Shown here: piece by piece, positions 11,490 to 26,724 of the stretch | Layout: every line of letters begins with the position of its first letter | How positions within the stretch are numbered: position 1 is the first letter of the stretch | Origin: the human T2T-CHM13v2.0 reference genome, Homo sapiens | NCBI RefSeq assembly: GCF_009914755.1 | Contig: NC_060925.1 | Direction: 5' to 3' (one strand) | Length of the DNA: 64,000 nt | The notes under the pieces: model-generated | What the model was told of the DNA's origin: nothing | What the model saw: the letters and a program-made list of their open reading frames with translations, nothing else | Database searches by the model: none | Translations under genes and position numbers: made by a program

Positions 11490-14400
11490 CATCGCATAGA
11501 ATCGAATGGAATTATCATCGAATGGACTCGAATGGAATCAACATCTAACAGAATCAAACGGAATTATCGAATGGAATCGAAGAGAATCATCGAATGGACT
11601 CGAATGTAAACATCTAATGGAATGGAATGGAAGAATCCATGGTCTCGAATGCAATCATCATCGAATGGAATCGAATGGAATCATCGAATGGACTCGAATG
11701 GAATAATCATTGAACGGAATCGAATGGAATCATCATCGGATGGAAACGAATGGAATCATCATCGAATGGAATCGAATAGGATCATCAAATGGAATCAGAT
11801 GGAATCATCATCAAATGGAATCCAATAGAATTATGGAATGAAATCCAATGTGATCATCATTGAATGGACTCGAATGGAATCATCATCCAATGGAAACTAA
11901 TGGAATCAACATCGAATGGAATCGAATGGAAACACCATCGAATTGAAACGAATGGAATTATCATGAAATTGAAATGGATGGACTCATCATCGAATGGATT
12001 CGAATGGAATCATCGAATGAAATTGATTGAAATCATCATCAAATGGAATCGAATGGAATCATTGAATGCAATCGAATGGAATCATCATCAGATGGAAATG
12101 AATGGAATCATCATAGAATGGAATCGCATGGATTCATTGAATGGAATCAGATGGAATCATCGAATGGACTTGAATGGAATCGTTGAATGGACTCGAATGG
12201 AATCATTATTGAATGGAATTGAATAGAATCATCGAATGGTCTCGAATGGAATCATTATCAAATGAAGTCGAATGGAATCACCGAATAGAATCGAATGGAA
12301 CAATCAACGAATGGACTCAAATGGAATTATCTTCAAATGGAATCAAATGGATTTATCGAATGCAATCGAATGGAATTATCGAATGCAATCGAATAGAATC
12401 ATCGAATGGACTCGAATGGAATTATCGAATGGAATGCAATGGATTAATCCATGGACTCGAATTCAATCACCATCGAATACAATCGAATGGAGTCATCGAA
12501 TCGACTCAAATGGAATAATCATTGAATGGAATCTAATGGAATCATCGAGTGGAATCGAATGGAATCATGATCAAATGGAATCGAATGTAATCATCATCAA
12601 ATGGAATCAAAAAAAAACATCATCAATAGGTATTGAATGGAATTGTCATCAAACGCAATTCAAAGGAATCATCATCAAATGGAACCGAATGGAATCCTCA
12701 TTGAATGGAAATGAAAGGAGTCATCATCTAATGGAATCGCATGGAATCATCATCAAATGGAATCGAATGGAATCATCATCAAATGGAATCTAATGGAATC
12801 ATTGAACGGAATTCAATGGAATTGTCATCGAATGAATTGAATGCAATCAACGAATGGTCTCGAATGGAACCACCTCCAAATGGAAAGGAATGGAATCATC
12901 GCATAGAATCGAATGGAATTATCATCGAATGGACTCGAATGGAATCAACATCAAACAGAATCAAACGGAATTATCGAATGGAATCGAAGATAATCATCGA
13001 ATGGACTCGAATGGAATCATCTAATGGAATGGAATGGAAGAATCCATGGTCTCGAATGCAATCATCATCGAATGGAATCGAATGTAATCATCGAATGGAC
13101 TCGAATGGAATAATCATTGAACGGAATCGAATGGAATCATCATCGGATGGAAACGAATGGAATCATCATCGAATGGAATCGAATGGGATCATCAAATGGA
13201 ATCAGATGGAATCATCATCAAATGGAATCGAATAGAATTATGGAATGAAATCCAATGTGATCATCATTGAATGGACTCGAATGGAATCATCATCTAATGG
13301 AAACTAATGGAATCAACATCGAATGGAATCGAAGGGAAACACCATCGAATTGAAACGAATGGAATTATCATGAAATTGAAATGGATGGACTCATCATCGA
13401 ATGGATTCGAATGGAATCATCGAATGAAATTGATTGAAATCATCATCAAGTGGAATCGAAAGGAATCATTGAATGGAATCGAATGGAATCATCATCAGAT
13501 GGAAATGAATGGAATCATCATAGAATGGAATCGCATGGATTCATTGAATGGAATCAGATGGAATCATCGAATGGGTTTGAATGGAATCGTTGAATGGACT
13601 CGAATGGAATCATTATTGAATGGAATTGAATAGAATCATCGAATGGTCTCGAATGGAATCATTATCAAATGAAGTCGAATGGAATCACCGAATAGAATCG
13701 AATGGAACAATCATCGAATGGACTCAAATGGAATTATCCCCAAATGGAATCAAATGGATTTATCGAAAGCAATCGAATGGAATTATCGAATGCAATCAAA
13801 TAGAATCATCGAATGGACTCGAATGGAATCATCGAATGGAATGCAATGGATTAATCCATGGACTCGAATTCAATCACCATCGAATACAATCGAATGGAGT
13901 CATCGAATCGACTCAAATGGAATAATCATTGAATGGAATCGAATGGAATCATCGAGTGGAATCGAATGGAATCATGATCAAATGGAATCGAATGTAATCA
14001 TCATCAAATGGAATCAAAAATAAACATCATCAATTGGTATTGAATGGAATTGTCATCAAATGGAATTCAAAGGAATCATCATCAAATGGAACCGAATGGA
14101 ATCCTCATTGAAGGGAAATGAAAGGAGTCATCATCTAATGGAATCGCATGGAATCATCATCAAATGGAATCGAATGGAATCATCATCAAATGGAATCTAA
14201 TGGAATCATTGAACGGAATTGAATGGAATCGTCATCGAATGAATTGAATGCAATCAACGAATGGTCTCGAATGGAACCACCTCCAAATGGAATGGAATGG
14301 AATCATCGCATAGAATCGAATGGAATTATCATCGAATGGACTCGAATGGAATCAACATCTAACAGAATCAAACGGAATTATCGAATGGAATCGAAGAGAA

Positions 14401-17400
14401 TCATCGAATGGACTCGAATGTAAACATCTAATGGAATGGAATGGAAGAATCCATGGTCTCGAATGCAATCATCATCGAATGGAATCGAATGGAATCATCG
14501 AATGGACTCGAATGGAATAATCATTGAACGGAATCGAATGGAATCATCATCGGATGGAAACGAATGGAATCATCATCGAATGGAATCGAATGGGATCATC
14601 AAATGGAATCAGATGGAATCATCATCAAATGGAATCCAATAGAATTATGGAATGAAATCCAATGTGATCATCATTGAATGGACTCGAATGGAATCATCAT
14701 CCAATGGAAACTAATGGAATCAACATCGAATGGAATCGAATGGAAACACCATCGAATTGAAACGAATGGAATTATCATGAAATTGAAATGGATGGACTCA
14801 TCATCGAATGGATTCGAATGGAATCATCGAATGAAATTGATTGAAATCATCATCAAATGGAATCGAATGGAATCATTGAATGCAATCGAATGGAATCATC
14901 ATCAGATGGAAATGAATGGAATCATCATAGAATGGAATCGCATGGATTCATTGAATGGAATCAGATGGAATCATCGAATGGACTTGAATGGAATCGTTGA
15001 ATGGACTCGAATGGAATCATTATTGAATGGAATTGAATAGAATCATCGAATGGTCTCGAATGGAATCATTATCAAATGAAGTCGAATGGAATCACCGAAT
15101 AGAATCGAATGGAACAATCAACGAATGGACTCAAATGGAATTATCTTCAAATGGAATCAAATGGATTTATCGAATGCAATCGAATGGAATTATCGAATGC
15201 AATCGAATAGAATCATCGAATGGACTCGAATGGAATTATCGAATGGAATGCAATGGATTAATCCATGGACTCGAATTCAATCACCATCGAATACAATCGA
15301 ATGGAGTCATCGAATCGACTCAAATGGAATAATCATTGAATGGAATCTAATGGAATCATCGAGTGGAATCGAATGGAATCATGATCAAATGGAATCGAAT
15401 GTAATCATCATCAAATGGAATCAAAAAAAAACATCATCAATAGGTATTGAATGGAATTGTCATCAAACGCAATTCAAAGGAATCATCATCAAATGGAACC
15501 GAATGGAATCCTCATTGAATGGAAATGAAAGGAGTCATCATCTAATGGAATCGCATGGAATCATCATCAAATGGAATCGAATGGAATCATCATCAAATGG
15601 AATCTAATGGAATCATTGAACGGAATTCAATGGAATTGTCATCGAATGAATTGAATGCAATCAACGAATGGTCTCGAATGGAACCACCTCCAAATGGAAA
15701 GGAATGGAATCATCGCATAGAATCGAATGGAATTATCATCGAATGGACTCGAATGGAATCAACATCAAACAGAATCAAACGGAATTATCGAATGGAATCG
15801 AAGATAATCATCGAATGGACTCGAATGGAATCATCTAATGGAATGGAATGGAAGAATCCATGGTCTCGAATGCAATCATCATCGAATGGAATCGAATGTA
15901 ATCATCGAATGGACTCGAATGGAATAATCATTGAACGGAATCGAATGGAATCATCATCGGATGGAAACGAATGGAATCATCATCGAATGGAATCGAATGG
16001 GATCATCAAATGGAATCAGATGGAATCATCATCAAATGGAATCGAATAGAATTATGGAATGAAATCCAATGTGATCATCATTGAATGGACTCGAATGGAA
16101 TCATCATCTAATGGAAACTAATGGAATCAACATCGAATGGAATCGAAGGGAAACACCATCGAATTGAAACGAATGGAATTATCATGAAATTGAAATGGAT
16201 GGACTCATCATCGAATGGATTCGAATGGAATCATCGAATGAAATTGATTGAAATCATCATCAAGTGGAATCGAAAGGAATCATTGAATGGAATCGAATGG
16301 AATCATCATCAGATGGAAATGAATGGAATCATCATAGAATGGAATCGCATGGATTCATTGAATGGAATCAGATGGAATCATCGAATGGGTTTGAATGGAA
16401 TCGTTGAATGGACTCGAATGGAATCATTATTGAATGGAATTGAATAGAATCATCGAATGGTCTCGAATGGAATCATTATCAAATGAAGTCGAATGGAATC
16501 ACCGAATAGAATCGAATGGAACAATCATCGAATGGACTCAAATGGAATTATCCCCAAATGGAATCAAATGGATTTATCGAAAGCAATCGAATGGAATTAT
16601 CGAATGCAATCAAATAGAATCATCGAATGGACTCGAATGGAATCATCGAATGGAATGCAATGGATTAATCCATGGACTCGAATTCAATCACCATCGAATA
16701 CAATCGAATGGAGTCATCGAATCGACTCAAATGGAATAATCATTGAATGGAATCGAATGGAATCATCGAGTGGAATCGAATGGAATCATGATCAAATGGA
16801 ATCGAATGTAATCATCATCAAATGGAATCAAAAATAAACATCATCAATTGGTATTGAATGGAATTGTCATCAAATGGAATTCAAAGGAATCATCATCAAA
16901 TGGAACCGAATGGAATCCTCATTGAAGGGAAATGAAAGGAGTCATCATCTAATGGAATCGCATGGAATCATCATCAAATGGAATCGAATGGAATCATCAT
17001 CAAATGGAATCTAATGGAATCATTGAACGGAATTGAATGGAATCGTCATCGAATGAATTGAATGCAATCAACGAATGGTCTCGAATGGAACCACCTCCAA
17101 ATGGAATGGAATGGAATCATCGCATAGAATCGAATGGAATTATCATCGAATGGACTCGAATGGAATCAACATCTAACAGAATCAAACGGAATTATCGAAT
17201 GGAATCGAAGAGAATCATCGAATGGACTCGAATGTAAACATCTAATGGAATGGAATGGAAGAATCCATGGTCTCGAATGCAATCATCATCGAATGGAATC
17301 GAATGGAATCATCGAATGGACTCGAATGGAATAATCATTGAACGGAATCGAATGGAATCATCATCGGATGGAAACGAATGGAATCATCATCGAATGGAAT

Positions 17401-19970
17401 CGAATGGGATCATCAAATGGAATCAGATGGAATCATCATCAAATGGAATCCAATAGAATTATGGAATGAAATCCAATGTGATCATCATTGAATGGACTCG
17501 AATGGAATCATCATCCAATGGAAACTAATGGAATCAACATCGAATGGAATCGAATGGAAACACCATCGAATTGAAACGAATGGAATTATCATGAAATTGA
17601 AATGGATGGACTCATCATCGAATGGATTCGAATGGAATCATCGAATGAAATTGATTGAAATCATCATCAAATGGAATCGAATGGAATCATTGAATGCAAT
17701 CGAATGGAATCATCATCAGATGGAAATGAATGGAATCATCATAGAATGGAATCGCATGGATTCATTGAATGGAATCAGATGGAATCATCGAATGGACTTG
17801 AATGGAATCGTTGAATGGACTCGAATGGAATCATTATTGAATGGAATTGAATAGAATCATCGAATGGTCTCGAATGGAATCATTATCAAATGAAGTCGAA
17901 TGGAATCACCGAATAGAATCGAATGGAACAATCAACGAATGGACTCAAATGGAATTATCTTCAAATGGAATCAAATGGATTTATCGAATGCAATCGAATG
18001 GAATTATCGAATGCAATCGAATAGAATCATCGAATGGACTCGAATGGAATTATCGAATGGAATGCAATGGATTAATCCATGGACTCGAATTCAATCACCA
18101 TCGAATACAATCGAATGGAGTCATCGAATCGACTCAAATGGAATAATCATTGAATGGAATCTAATGGAATCATCGAGTGGAATCGAATGGAATCATGATC
18201 AAATGGAATCGAATGTAATCATCATCAAATGGAATCAAAAAAAAACATCATCAATAGGTATTGAATGGAATTGTCATCAAACGCAATTCAAAGGAATCAT
18301 CATCAAATGGAACCGAATGGAATCCTCATTGAATGGAAATGAAAGGAGTCATCATCTAATGGAATCGCATGGAATCATCATCAAATGGAATCGAATGGAA
18401 TCATCATCAAATGGAATCTAATGGAATCATTGAACGGAATTCAATGGAATTGTCATCGAATGAATTGAATGCAATCAACGAATGGTCTCGAATGGAACCA
18501 CCTCCAAATGGAAAGGAATGGAATCATCGCATAGAATCGAATGGAATTATCATCGAATGGACTCGAATGGAATCAACATCAAACAGAATCAAACGGAATT
18601 ATCGAATGGAATCGAAGATAATCATCGAATGGACTCGAATGGAATCATCTAATGGAATGGAATGGAAGAATCCATGGTCTCGAATGCAATCATCATCGAA
18701 TGGAATCGAATGTAATCATCGAATGGACTCGAATGGAATAATCATTGAACGGAATCGAATGGAATCATCATCGGATGGAAACGAATGGAATCATCATCGA
18801 ATGGAATCGAATGGGATCATCAAATGGAATCAGATGGAATCATCATCAAATGGAATCGAATAGAATTATGGAATGAAATCCAATGTGATCATCATTGAAT
18901 GGACTCGAATGGAATCATCATCTAATGGAAACTAATGGAATCAACATCGAATGGAATCGAAGGGAAACACCATCGAATTGAAACGAATGGAATTATCATG
19001 AAATTGAAATGGATGGACTCATCATCGAATGGATTCGAATGGAATCATCGAATGAAATTGATTGAAATCATCATCAAGTGGAATCGAAAGGAATCATTGA
19101 ATGGAATCGAATGGAATCATCATCAGATGGAAATGAATGGAATCATCATAGAATGGAATCGCATGGATTCATTGAATGGAATCAGATGGAATCATCGAAT
19201 GGGTTTGAATGGAATCGTTGAATGGACTCGAATGGAATCATTATTGAATGGAATTGAATAGAATCATCGAATGGTCTCGAATGGAATCATTATCAAATGA
19301 AGTCGAATGGAATCACCGAATAGAATCGAATGGAACAATCATCGAATGGACTCAAATGGAATTATCCCCAAATGGAATCAAATGGATTTATCGAAAGCAA
19401 TCGAATGGAATTATCGAATGCAATCAAATAGAATCATCGAATGGACTCGAATGGAATCATCGAATGGAATGCAATGGATTAATCCATGGACTCGAATTCA
19501 ATCACCATCGAATACAATCGAATGGAGGCATCGAATCGACTCAAATGGAATAATCATTGAATGGAATCGAATGGAATCATCGAGTGGAATCGAATGGAAT
19601 CATGATCAAATGGAATCGAATGTAATCATCATCAAATGGAATCAAAAATAAACATCATCAATTGGTATTGAATGGAATTGTCATCAAATGGAATTCAAAG
19701 GAATCATCATCAAATGGAACCGAATGGAATCCTCATTGAAGGGAAATGAAAGGAGTCATCATCTAATGGAATCGCATGGAATCATCATCAAATGGAATCG
19801 AATGGAATCATCATCAAATGGAATCTAATGGAATCATTGAACGGAATTGAATGGAATCGTCATCGAATGAATTGAATGCAATCAACGAATGGTCTCGAAT
19901 GGAACCACCTCCAAATGGAATGGAATGGAATCATCGCATAGAATCGAATGGAATTATCATCGAATGGACT
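11490..19970 (+). repeat. Three near-identical copies of a 2814-bp (2 x 1407) higher-order repeat
   Basis: An A9 run occurs at 12609, 15423 and 18237. ORFs are identical at 12272/15086/17900, 12741/15555/18369 and 13307/16121/18935. Boundaries are approximate. Confidence 0.93.
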
Positions 19971-22900
19971 CGAATGGAGTCAACATCAAACGGAATCAAA
20001 CGAAATTATCGAATGGAATCGAAGAGAATCATCGAATGGACTGGAATGGAATCATCTAATGGAATGGAATGGAAGAATCCATGGTCTCGAATGCAATCAT
20101 CATCGAATGGAATCGAATGGAATCATTGAATGGACTCGAATGGAATAATCATTGAATGGAATCGAATGGAATCATCATCGGATGGAAACGAATGGAATCA
20201 TCATCGAATGGAATCGAATGGGATCATCAAATGGAATCAGATGGAATCATCATCAAATGGAATCGAATAGAATTATGGAATGAAATCCAATGTGATCATC
20301 ATTGAATGGACTCGAATGGAATCATCATCCAATGTAAACTAATGGAATCAACATCGAATGGAATCGAATGGAAACACCATCGAATTGAAACGAATGGAAT
20401 TATCATGAAATTGAAATGGATGGACTCATCATCGAATGGATTCGAATGGAATCTTCGAATGAAATTGATTGAAATCATCATCAAATGGAATCGAAAGGAA
20501 TCATTGAATGGAATCGAATGGAATCATCATCAGATGGAAATGAATGGAATCATCATAGAATGGAATCGAATGGATTCATTGAGTGAAATCAGAGGGAATC
20601 ATCGAATGGACTTGAATGGAATCGTTGAATGGACTCGAATGGAATCATTATTGAATGGAATTGAATAGAATCATCGAATGGTCTCGAATGGAATCATTAT
20701 CAAATGAAGTCGAATGGAATCACCGAATAGAATCGAACGGAACAATCATCGAATGGACTCAAATGGAATTATCCTCAAATGGAATCAAATGGATTTATCG
20801 AATGCAATCGAATGGAATTATCGAATGCAATCGAATAGAATCATCGAATGGACTCGAATGGAATCATCGAGTGGAATGCAATGGATTAATCCATGGACTC
20901 GAATTCAATCACCATCGAATACAATCGAATGGAGTCATCGAATCGACTCAAATGGAATAATCATTGAACGGAATCGATTGGAATCATCGAGTGGAATCGA
21001 ATGGAATCATGATCAAATGGAATCGAATGTAATCATCATCAAATGGAATCAAAAATAAACATCATCAATTGGTATTGAATGGAATTGTCATCAAATGGAA
21101 TTCAAAGGAATCATCATCAAATGGAACCGAATGGAATCCTCATTGAATGGAAATGAAAGGGGTCATCATCTAATGGAATCGCATGGAATCATCATCAAAT
21201 GGAATCGAATGGAATCATCATCAAATGGAATCTAATGGAATCACTGAACGGAATTGAATGGAATCGTCATCGAATGAATTGAATGCAATCAACGAATGGT
21301 CTCGAATGGAGACATCTCCAAATGGAATGGAATGGAATCATCGCATAGAATCGAATGGAATTATCATCGAATGGACTCGAATGGAATCAACATCAAACGG
21401 AATCAAACGGAATTATCGAATGGAATCGAAGAGAATCATCGAACGGTCTCGAATGGAATCATCTAATGGAATGGAATGGAAGAATCCATGGACTCGAATG
21501 CAATCATCATCGAATGGAATCGAATGGAATCATCGAATGGACTCGAATGGAATAATCATTGAACGGAATCGAATGGAATCATCATCGGATGGAAACGAAT
21601 GGAATCATCATCGAATGGAATCGAATGGGATCATCAAATGGAATCAGATGGAATCATCATCAAATGGAATCGAATAGAATTATGGAATGAAATCCAATGT
21701 GATCATTATTTAATGCACTCGAATGGAATCATCATCCAATGGAAACTAATGGAATCAACATCGAATGGAATCGAATGGAAACACCATCGAATTGAAACGA
21801 ATGGAATTATCATGAAATTGAAATGGATGGACTCATCATCGAATGGATTCGAATGGAATCATCGAATGAAATTGATTGAAATCATCATCAAATGGAATCG
21901 AAAGGAATCATTGAATGGAATCGAATGGAATCATCATCAGATGGAAATGAATGGAATCATCATAGAATGGAATCGAATGGATTCATTGAGTGAAATCAGA
22001 TGGAATCATCGAATGGACTTGAATGGAATCGTTGAATGGACTCGAATGGAATCATTATTGAATGGAATTGAATAGAATCATCGAATGGTCTCGAATGGAA
22101 TCATTATCAAATGAAGTCGATTGGAATCACCGAATAGAATCGAATGGAACAATCATCGAATGGACTCAAATGGAATTATCTTCAAATGGAATCAAATGGA
22201 TTTATCGAATGCAATCGAATGGAATTATCGAATGCAATCGAATAGAATCATCGAATGGACTCGAATGGAATCATCGAATGGAATGCAATGGATTAATCCA
22301 TGGACTCGAATTCAATCACCATCGAATACAATCGAATGGAGTCATCGAATCGACTCAAATGGAATAATCACTGAATGGAATCGAATGGAATCATCGAGTG
22401 GAATCGAATGGAATCATGATGAAATGGAATCGAAAGTAATCATTATCAAATGGAATCAAAAATAACCATCATCAATTGGTATTGAATGGAATTGTCATCA
22501 AACGGAATTCAAAGGAATCATCATCAAATGGAACCGAATGGAATCCTCATTGAATGGAAATGAAAGGAGTCATCATCTAATGGAATCGCATGGAATCTTC
22601 ATCAAATGGAATCGAATGGAATCATCATCAAATGGAATCTAATGGAATCATTGAACGGAATTGAATGGAATCGTCATCGAATGAATTGAATGCAATCATC
22701 GAATCATCTCGAATGGAACCACCTCCAAATGGAATGGAATGGAATCATCACATAGAATCGAATGGAATTATCATCGAATGGACTCGAATGGAATCAACAT
22801 CAAACAGAATCAAACGGAATTATCGAATGGAATCGAAGAGAATCATCGAATGGCCTGGAATGGAATCATCTAATGGAATGGAATGGAAGAATCCATGGTC

Positions 22901-25900
22901 TCGAATGCAATCATCATCGAATGGAATCGAATGGAATCATCTAATGGACACGAATGGAATAATCACTGAGCGGAATCGAATGGAATCATCATCGGATGGA
23001 AACGAATGGAATCATCAAATGGAATCAGATGGAATCATCATCAAATGGAATCGAATAGAATGATGGAATGAAATCCAATGTGATCATCATTGAATGGACT
23101 CGAATGGAATCATCATCCAATGGAAACTAATGGAATCAACATCGAATGGAATCGAATGGAAACACCATCGAATTGAAACGAATGGAATTATCATGAAATT
23201 GAAATGGATGGACTCATCATCGAATGGATTCGAATGGAATCATCGAATGAAATTGATTGAAATCATCATCAAATGGAATCGAAAGGAATCATTGAATGGA
23301 ATCGAATGGAATCATCATCAGATGGAAATGAATGGAATCATCATAGAATGGAATTGCATGGATTCATTGAATGGAATCAGATGGAATCATCGAATGGGCT
23401 TGAATGGAATCGTTGAATGGACACGAATGGAATCATTATTGAATGGAATTGAATAGAATCATCGAATGGTCTCGAATGGAATCATTATCAAATGAAGTCG
23501 AATGGAATCACCGAATAGAATAGAATGGAACAATCATCGAATGGACTCAAATGGAATTATCCTCAAATGGAATCAAATGGATTTATCGAAAGCAATCGAA
23601 TGGAATTATCGAATGCAATTGAATAGAATCATCGAATGGACTCGAATGGAATCATCGAATGGAATGCAATGGATTAATCCATGGACTCGAATTCAATCAC
23701 CATCGAATACAACCGAATGGAGTCATTGAATCGACTCAAATGGAATAATCATTGAATGGAATCGAATGGAATCATCGAGTGGAATCGAATGGAATCATGA
23801 TCAAATGGAATCGAATGTAATCATCATCAAATGGAATCAAAAATAAACATCATCAATTGGTATTGAATGGAATTGTCATCAAATGGAATTCAAAGGAATC
23901 ATCATCAAATGGAATCGAATGGAATCCTCATTGAATGTAAATGAAAGGAGTCATCATCTAATGGTATCGCATGGAATCATCACCAAATGGAATCGAATGG
24001 AATCATCATCAAATGGAATCTAATGGAATCATTGAACGGAATTGAATGGAATCGTCATCGAATGAATTGAATGCAATCAACGAATGGTCTCGAATGGAAC
24101 CACATCCAAATGGAATGGAATGGAATCATCGCATAGAATCGAATGGAATTATCATCGAATGGACCCGAATGGAATCAACATCAAACGGAATCAAACGGAA
24201 TTATCGAATGGAATCGAAGAGAATCATCGAACGGACTCGAATGGAATCATCTAATGGAATGGAATGGAAGAATCCGTGGACTGGAATGCAATCATCATCG
24301 AATGGAATCGAATGGAATCATCATCGGATGGAAACGAATGGAATCATCATCGAATGGAATCGAATGGGATCATCAAATGGAATCAGATGGAATCATCATC
24401 AAATGGAATCGAATAGAATTATGGAATGAAATCCAATGTGATCATCATTGAATGGACTCGAATGGAATCATCATCCAATGGAAACTAATGGAATCAACAT
24501 CGAATGGAATCGAATGGAAACACCATCGAATTGAAACGAATGGAATTATCATGAAATTGAAATGGATGGACTCATCATCGAATGGATTCGAATGGAATCA
24601 TCGAATGAAATTGATTGAAATCATCATCAAATGGAATCGAAAGCAATCATTGAATGGAATCGAATGGAATCATCATCAGATGGAAATGAATGGAATCATC
24701 ATAGAATGGAATCGAATGGATTCGTTGAGTGAAATCAGATGGAATCATCGAATGGATTTGAATGGAATCGTTGAATGGACTCGAATGGAATCATTATTGA
24801 ATGGAATTGAATAGAATCATCGAATGGTCTCGAATGGAATCATTATCAAATGAAGTCGAATGGAATCACCGAATAGAATCGAACGGAACAATCATCGAAT
24901 GGACTCAAATGGAATTATCCTCAAATGGAATCAAATGGATTTATCGAATGCAATCGAATGGAATTATCGAATGCAATCGAATAGAATCATCGAATGGACT
25001 CGAATGGAATCATCGAGTGGAATGCAATGGATTAATCCATGGACTCGAATTCAATCACCATCGAATACAATCGAATGGAGTCATCGAATCGACTCAAATG
25101 GAATAATCATTGAATGGAATCGAATGGAATCATCGAGTGGAATCGAATGGAATCATGATCAAATGGAATCGAATGTAATCATCATCAAATGGAATCAAAA
25201 ATAAACATCATCAATTGGTATTGAATGGAATTGTCATCAAATAGAATTCAAAGGAATCATCATCAAATGGAACCGAATGGAATCCTCATTGAATGGAAAT
25301 GAAAGGAGTCATCATCTAATGGAATCGCATGGAATCATCATCAAATGGAATCGAATGGAATCATCATCAAATGGAATCTAACGGAATCACTGAACGGAAT
25401 TGAATGGAATCGTCATCGAATGAATTCAATGCAATCAACGAATGGTCTCGAATGGAACCACCTCCAAATGGAATGGAATGGAATCATCGCATAGAATCGA
25501 ATGGAATTATCATCGAATGGACTCGAATGCAATCAACATCAAACGGAATCAAACGGAATTATGGAATGGAATCGAAGAGAATCATCGAATGGACTCGAAT
25601 GGAATCATCTAATGGAATGGAATGGAAGAATCCATGGTCTCGAATGCAATCATCATCGAATGGAATTGAATGGAATCATCGAATGGACTCGAATGGAATA
25701 ATCATTGAACGGAATCGAATGGAATCATCATCGGATGGAAACGAATGGAATCATCAAATGGAATCAGATGGAATCATCATCAAATGGAATCGAATAGAAT
25801 TATGGAATGAAATCCATTGTGATCATCATCGAATGGACTCGAATGGAATCATCATCCAATGGAAACTAATGGAATCAACATCGAATGGAATCGAATGGAA

Positions 25901-26724
25901 ACACCATCGAATTGAAACGAATGGAATTATCATGAAATTGAAATGGATGGACTCACCATCGAATGGATTCGAATGGAATCATCGAATGAAATTGATTGAA
26001 ATCATCATCAAATGGAATCGAATGGAATCATTGAATGGAATCGAATGGAATCATCATCAGATGGAAATGAATGGAATCATCATAGAATGGAATCGAGTGG
26101 ATTCATTGAATGGAATCAAATGGAATCATCGAATGGACTTGAATGGAATCATTGAATGGACTCGAATGGAATCATTATTGAATGGAATTGAATGGAATCA
26201 TCGAATGGTCTCGAATGGAATCATTATCAAATGGAATCGAATGGAATCACCGAATAGAATCGAATGGAACAATCATCGAATGGACTCAAATGGAATTATC
26301 CTCAAATGGAATCGAATGGAATTATCGAATGCAATCGAATGCAAAAATCGAATGCAATCGAATAGAATCATCGAATGGACTTGAAAGGAATCATCGATTG
26401 AAATGCAATGGAATAGTCAATGAACTCGAATGGAATCATCATTGAATGGAATCATCGAGTGGAATCGAATGGAATCATGTTCAAATGGAATCGAAAGTAA
26501 TCATCATCAAATGGAATCAAAAATAACCATCATCAATTGGTATTGAATGGAATTGTCACCAAACGGAATTCAAAGGAATCATCATCAAATGGAGCCGAAT
26601 GTAATCCTCATTGAATGGAAATGAAAGGAGTCATCATCTAATGGAATCGCATGGAATCATCATCAAATGGAATCGAATGGAATCATCGCCAATGGAATAT
26701 AACGGAAGCATTGAACGGAATTGA

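Larger units (their letters stand above)
1..11890 (+). repeat. 9584-bp (7-monomer) period: positions 1-~2300 recur near-identically at 9585-~11890
   Basis: Private variants are shared at exactly +9584, including GAGCTC at 608 and 10192, AAATTTATTGAA, GGAATAAAAAATAAA and TCTTCAAATGGAATCTAAGGG. ORF translations are identical at 421/10005, 873/10457, 1281/10865 and 1825/11409. Confidence 0.85.

Noticed and set aside
12609-12617. A9 run as a possible retroelement poly(A) remnant (also 15423 and 18237)
   Set aside because: It is a single T>A change in the consensus CAAAAATAAAC. Unit length stays 1407 bp and there is no inserted sequence or target-site duplication.
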